A stretch of DNA of 64,000 nt from contig NC_068986.1 of the NCBI RefSeq assembly GCF_001194135.2, positions 78,147,769 to 78,211,768 of the forward strand, in the 5' to 3' direction. A program made the position numbers and the translations under genes. This document shows positions 62,951 to 64,000 of the stretch, piece by piece. This stretch comes from Octopus bimaculoides. Its lineage: Eukaryota. The notes under the pieces were generated by a model. It was given only the letters and a program-made list of their open reading frames with translations. It made no database searches and was not told the DNA's origin. Position 1 is the first letter of the stretch. Each line of letters starts with the position of its first letter.

Positions 62951-64000
62951 AATGTTGCATGGATTATGAATAAATAAATAAATAAATATAAAGCCATATC
63001 CATAGTAACTATTAACTTAAAAGCTTATTTACTTAGTTATAAATGATAAAGCAAGGTTCTTTCCCAAGAATAAAATTCTTCGAAATTTCTTAAAAAACTA
63101 TGATATCAGTTTTGTGTCTGTATGTCTAAATTTATTACTGTGTATGTCTATGCATGCTTCATGTATGTTTATGAAAAAATGTGTGTCTATCTATATCTAT
63201 ACACACAAGCAATGCGTACACACACACAAGCAACGCATGCATGCACACACATACGCACATACACATCTATGTGTATATGTGTGTATGTATAGTATATATG
63301 TATATACACATAGCTTCCATTAAGCAAAAACAATCTTAATTTCTTAAAAGACTAATTTTGAAAATAATAAAAAAAACTTCTTTCCTTGATTGTGTATTCA
63401 CTATTATTCAAATATATTAAAAATGATTTTTAAGAAATATTTTTTAACATCAGTGTCTATTATTGATGATTGTATGAATTGTTACAGCATCTGTTATACT
63501 CTTGGAGACTTTTCTGGGAAGGAAAAAAAACGGAAACAAAAAAGCACCTGAAATGTTTCATGAATTTGCATGTTATTCGAACCAATGACATAAATTCTGA
63601 TTTGCTAGAAACAGCAGCAAAATTTAGCCAGACATGGTTGAGAGATTAAGAAGTTTGTTTAACAGTTATATGGTTCTGAGTTTGAACCCATTGTGTCACT
63701 ATACCATCAGTGTATGTTTGCTACCATAAGCAGTGGGTTGACCATTATCTTGTAAATGGAAACCCATCATTTATGTCCAGTTCTTTCCATAGTTATGATC
63801 AGATTGTTTGTTGTTTATAAGATCAGGAGAATTGTTACTCGACTTAGAAATAGGTGAGGGTATCCATCCATAGAAAACTCTTCCCTAACATTGTCTTGTG
63901 TAACCCATGCAAACATGAAAAAGCAGATGTTAAAGCAATGATGCCAATATGTAGTTTAGGAGTTCTGGAGTCGTGGGGAGCATGGAGTCGCTCGTTATAT

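Noticed and set aside
984-63003. Long ORFs containing X runs (for example 984-1913, 13322-14153, 16375-17272, 62316-63003)
   Set aside because: They exist only because N-gaps contain no stop codons.

Overview
Eukaryotic, AT-rich, microsatellite-dense intronic or intergenic DNA with several N-gaps. The SINE/LINE/MITE repertoire points to a cephalopod, most likely Octopus (inference). I found no intact protein-coding gene, structural RNA gene or CRISPR array. Almost every ORF in the supplied track comes from microsatellites, N-runs or transposon remnants. The window is dominated by: (i) many 5'-truncated RTE-clade LINE copies, one family carrying a 66-bp tandem array in its 3' UTR and (GAT)n tails; (ii) at least four tRNA-headed SINE families; (iii) three mariner elements, one of them full-length and decayed with a D34D motif; (iv) hAT-like and piggyBac-like MITEs; (v) an R4/Dong-like LINE remnant; (vi) a 30-bp minisatellite. 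The most notable structures are a mariner whose empty insertion site survives as a paralogue about 550 bp away, a second mariner bracketed by a ~100-bp duplication of the SINE it interrupts, a short element made only of RTE 5' and 3' ends, a degenerate minimal hammerhead motif, fold-back pairs of retroelement ends, and one candidate signal-peptide exon (45908-45997). All identities are estimated by eye.
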